Notes under the pieces: generated by a model | Seen by the model: only the letters and a program-made list of their open reading frames with translations | Told to the model about the DNA's origin: nothing | Databases searched by the model: none | Assembly: GCF_004010195.1 (NCBI RefSeq) | Contig: NC_057760.1 | Coordinates: forward strand, 540,432 to 604,431 | Length of the DNA stretch: 64,000 nt | From: Chiloscyllium plagiosum | Taxonomy: Eukaryota | Reading direction: 5' to 3' | Part shown: one piece after another, positions 61,600 through 64,000 of the stretch | How the letters are laid out: each line of letters starts with the position of its first letter | Position numbering within the stretch: the first letter of the stretch is position 1 | Position numbers and translations under genes: made by a program

Positions 61600-62870
61600 C
61601 AGGGCAGTGAAGGCACCATTTGGTATGCTTGCCTACATTGGTCAGTGCATTGAATATAAGTGTTGGTAGGCATGTTGCAGTCGTACAGGACATTGGTTTG
61701 GTCACTTTTGGAATACTGCATTCAGTTCTGGTTTTCCTGCTGTAGGAAGGATGTTGTGAAACTTGAAAGGGTTCAGAAAAGATTTACAAGGATGTTGGAG
61801 GATTTGTGCTATGGACCCTTTGGTCCAACCAGTGCCTTCAGACCCTAATCCCAAACTAAACTAGTCCCATCTAACTCCTCCTGGCCCGCATCCCTACAAA
61901 CCTTTCCTATTCATGAACTTATCCAAACGTAACTTTACCCACATCCACCACTTCCTCAGGAAGATCATTCCACAGCAAACGACCCTCTGTGTATAAAAAG
62001 AATACAGCCCTCGTGTCTTTAAATCTTTCTCCTCTCACCTTAAAAATGTGTCCCCTAGTCTTGAAATCCCCCATCCTTGGGAAAAGACACCTATCATTCC
62101 TTGGAGTGCAGGTTCAGAGCTCCTTGAAAGTGGAGTCACAGATAGATAAGATAGTAAAGGTGGCATTTGGTATACTTTCCTTTATTGGTCAGAGTATTGA
62201 GTATAGGAATTGGGAGGTCATGTTGCAGCTGTACAGGACATTGGTTAGGCCACTTTTGGAATGATGTTGTGAAACTTGAAAAGGTTCAGAAAATATTTCC
62301 AAGGATGTTGCCAGGGTTGGAGGATTTGAGCAATAGGGAGAGGTTGAATAGGCTAGGGCTGCTTTCCCTGGAACGAAGGCTGAGGGGTGACCTTATAAAA
62401 TCACGGGCATGGATAGGATAAATAAACAAAGTATTTTCAGAACTAGAGGGCATAGGTTTAGAGTGAGAGGGGAAAGATATAAAAGAGACCTAAGGGGCAA
62501 TATTTTCATGCTGAGGGTGGTGCTTGTATGGAATAAGCTGCCAGAGGAAATGGTAGAGGCTGGTACAATTATAACTTTTAAAAGGCACCTGGATAGGTAC
62601 ATGAATAAGAAGGGTTTAGAGGGACACATGTAAATGGGACTAGATGAATTTAGGATATCTGTTTGGCATGGACAAATTGGGTCGAAGGGTCTGTTTCCAT
62701 GCTATACATCTCTATGACTCTATGGTAGAGTCATTAAAAAGTCATTTGCACAGGTTCATGGATAGGGAAATGGGCCAAACACTGGCAAATGGGACTAGTT
62801 TGGTTGAGGAACCCTGGCTGGCATGGATGAGTTGGGCTGAAGAGTCTAGTTCCATGCTGTGTGACTCAAG
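61600..62870 (+). mobile_element. Cluster of CR1 fragments (plus strand, with a minus-strand piece at about 61810-62098)
   Basis: Repeated LEYCIQFW / [11 protein letters not shown] motifs and 3' UTRs. Confidence 0.88.
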
Positions 62871-63071
62871 GTTTTAGAGCCACAATCCTTTGTGTAATTT
62901 TTAACCCAACAATAATGGAAATGGGGAAACCCATCAGAAATTTACTCCTCGGCTCCACCTGATGGCCAGAACCTGCAACTGTGCTGTCATTTGATTGTTC
63001 TAGAATAAGTTTACAGAGGAAGTTAAAAATCATACAACACCAGGTTATAGTCCAACAGGTTTAATTGGAAG

Positions 63072-63106
63072 CACTAGCTTTCAGAGCGCTGCTCCTTCAT
63101 CAGGTG
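63072..63106 (-). ncRNA. Minimal type I hammerhead motif (left arm)
   Basis: CAC-CUGAUGA-A-GGAGC(AGC)GCUCU-GAAA-GCUA-GUG; stem II closed by G-U. Confidence 0.65.
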
Positions 63107-63697
63107 ATTGTGGAGTAGAAGATTGTAAGACACAGAATTTATAGCAAAAGTTTATAGTGTGATGTAACTGAAATTATACATTGGAAAATACCTTGATTGT
63201 TTGTTAAGTCTCTCATCTGTTAGAATGACCATGTTAATTTCACTTCTTTCATAATGTAAGTCACAAAATATTTAAAAGTTACATTCTCAAGTGAAATGGG
63301 ACTAGTTTTGTTGAGGAACACTGGCTAGCATGGCTGAAGTTGAACTGTACTTGTAAAGTTACACTGTACTTTGCTCAAAAACTGCATAAATCCATGTAAG
63401 ATTCTGTTAATTCATTTTTTAGATTAGAATCAGTTTCAGTGTTATGGCACAGACAGCAGCACAGAGGGGTGCTAATACCTAATACATTGTCTGGGCTGAC
63501 ACCAATTGTTAAAGTTCACTTGAGAATGTTACTTTTCAAAAAAAAACGTTTTGTGAAAGAAGTGAAACTAACATGGTTATTCTAACAGATGAGAGACTCA
63601 ACAAACAATCAAGATATTTTTCAATGTATAATTTCAGTTACATCACACTGTAAACTTTTGCTATAAATTCTGTGTCTTACAATTATGTAGTCCACAA

Positions 63698-63732
63698 TAC
63701 CTGATGAAGGAGCAGCGCTCTGAAAGCTAGTG
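63698..63732 (+). ncRNA. Minimal type I hammerhead motif (right arm)
   Basis: UAC-CUGAUGA-A-GGAGC(AGC)GCUCU-GAAA-GCUA-GUG. Confidence 0.65.
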
Positions 63733-63833
63733 CTTCCAATTAAACCTGTTGGACTATAACCTGGTGTTGTGTGATTTTTAACTTTGTACACCCCACTCCA
63801 ACACCGGCATCTCCAAATCATGACTACCATTTA

Positions 63834-63991
63834 CAGAGGAACCATGATTATCCGGCATCCGCTTAATTGAATTTTGGATTATCTGAACAAGATTGCAAAG
63901 TCCCAATGCATGGCTAACTACGTTATCCAAGATTGATTAACCAAACAAAATACTCCCTGCCCGTGTCCTTTGGATAATCGAGGTACCTCTC
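63834..63991. mobile_element. Tc1/mariner (Tigger-like) MITE
   Basis: TA-CAGAGGAACCATGATTATCC ... GGATAATCGAGGTACCTCTC-TA: imperfect 20-bp TIRs with TA on both sides. Confidence 0.75.
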
Positions 63992-64000
63992 TACATGGGC

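Larger units (their letters stand above)
63022..63829. mobile_element. Long fold-back Penelope-like element (same family as 5557-5780), a hammerhead motif in each arm
   Basis: Arms of about 270 bp (63022-63295 and about 63515-63784), tail to 63829, exact 12-bp duplication TTTACAGAGGAA at 63010-63021 and 63830-63841. Confidence 0.85.

Overview
Eukaryotic vertebrate DNA, very probably a shark: it carries HE1-type SINEs, HER1/CR1 LINEs and DeuSINE-like elements. There are three assembly gaps (9487-9814, 38582-39081, 59036-59057). Two spliced genes lie on the minus strand. (1) A type I phosphatidylinositol-4-phosphate 5-kinase, most like PIP5K1A, with 11 exons traced by GT-AG sites and frame continuity from 22257 down to 2289; its first exon and 3' end were not found. 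(2) A complete CIART/CHRONO coding sequence in 5 exons (61558 to 55785, about 424 aa). The rest is transposon debris (CR1, L2, HE1, solo LTRs, Tc1/mariner-type MITEs, a Penelope-like GIY-YIG fragment) plus a 3.1-kb 21-bp minisatellite. The most striking non-genic signal is three non-coding fold-back insertions (5557-5780, 19535-19835, 63022-63829) from two sequence families. Each has inverted arms carrying minimal type I hammerhead-ribozyme motifs, a one-sided tail of about 35-45 nt and a flanking target-site duplication. Single hammerhead-like copies occur elsewhere in the window. Coordinates of repeat fragments are approximate, and all family assignments come from motif recognition, not database searches.
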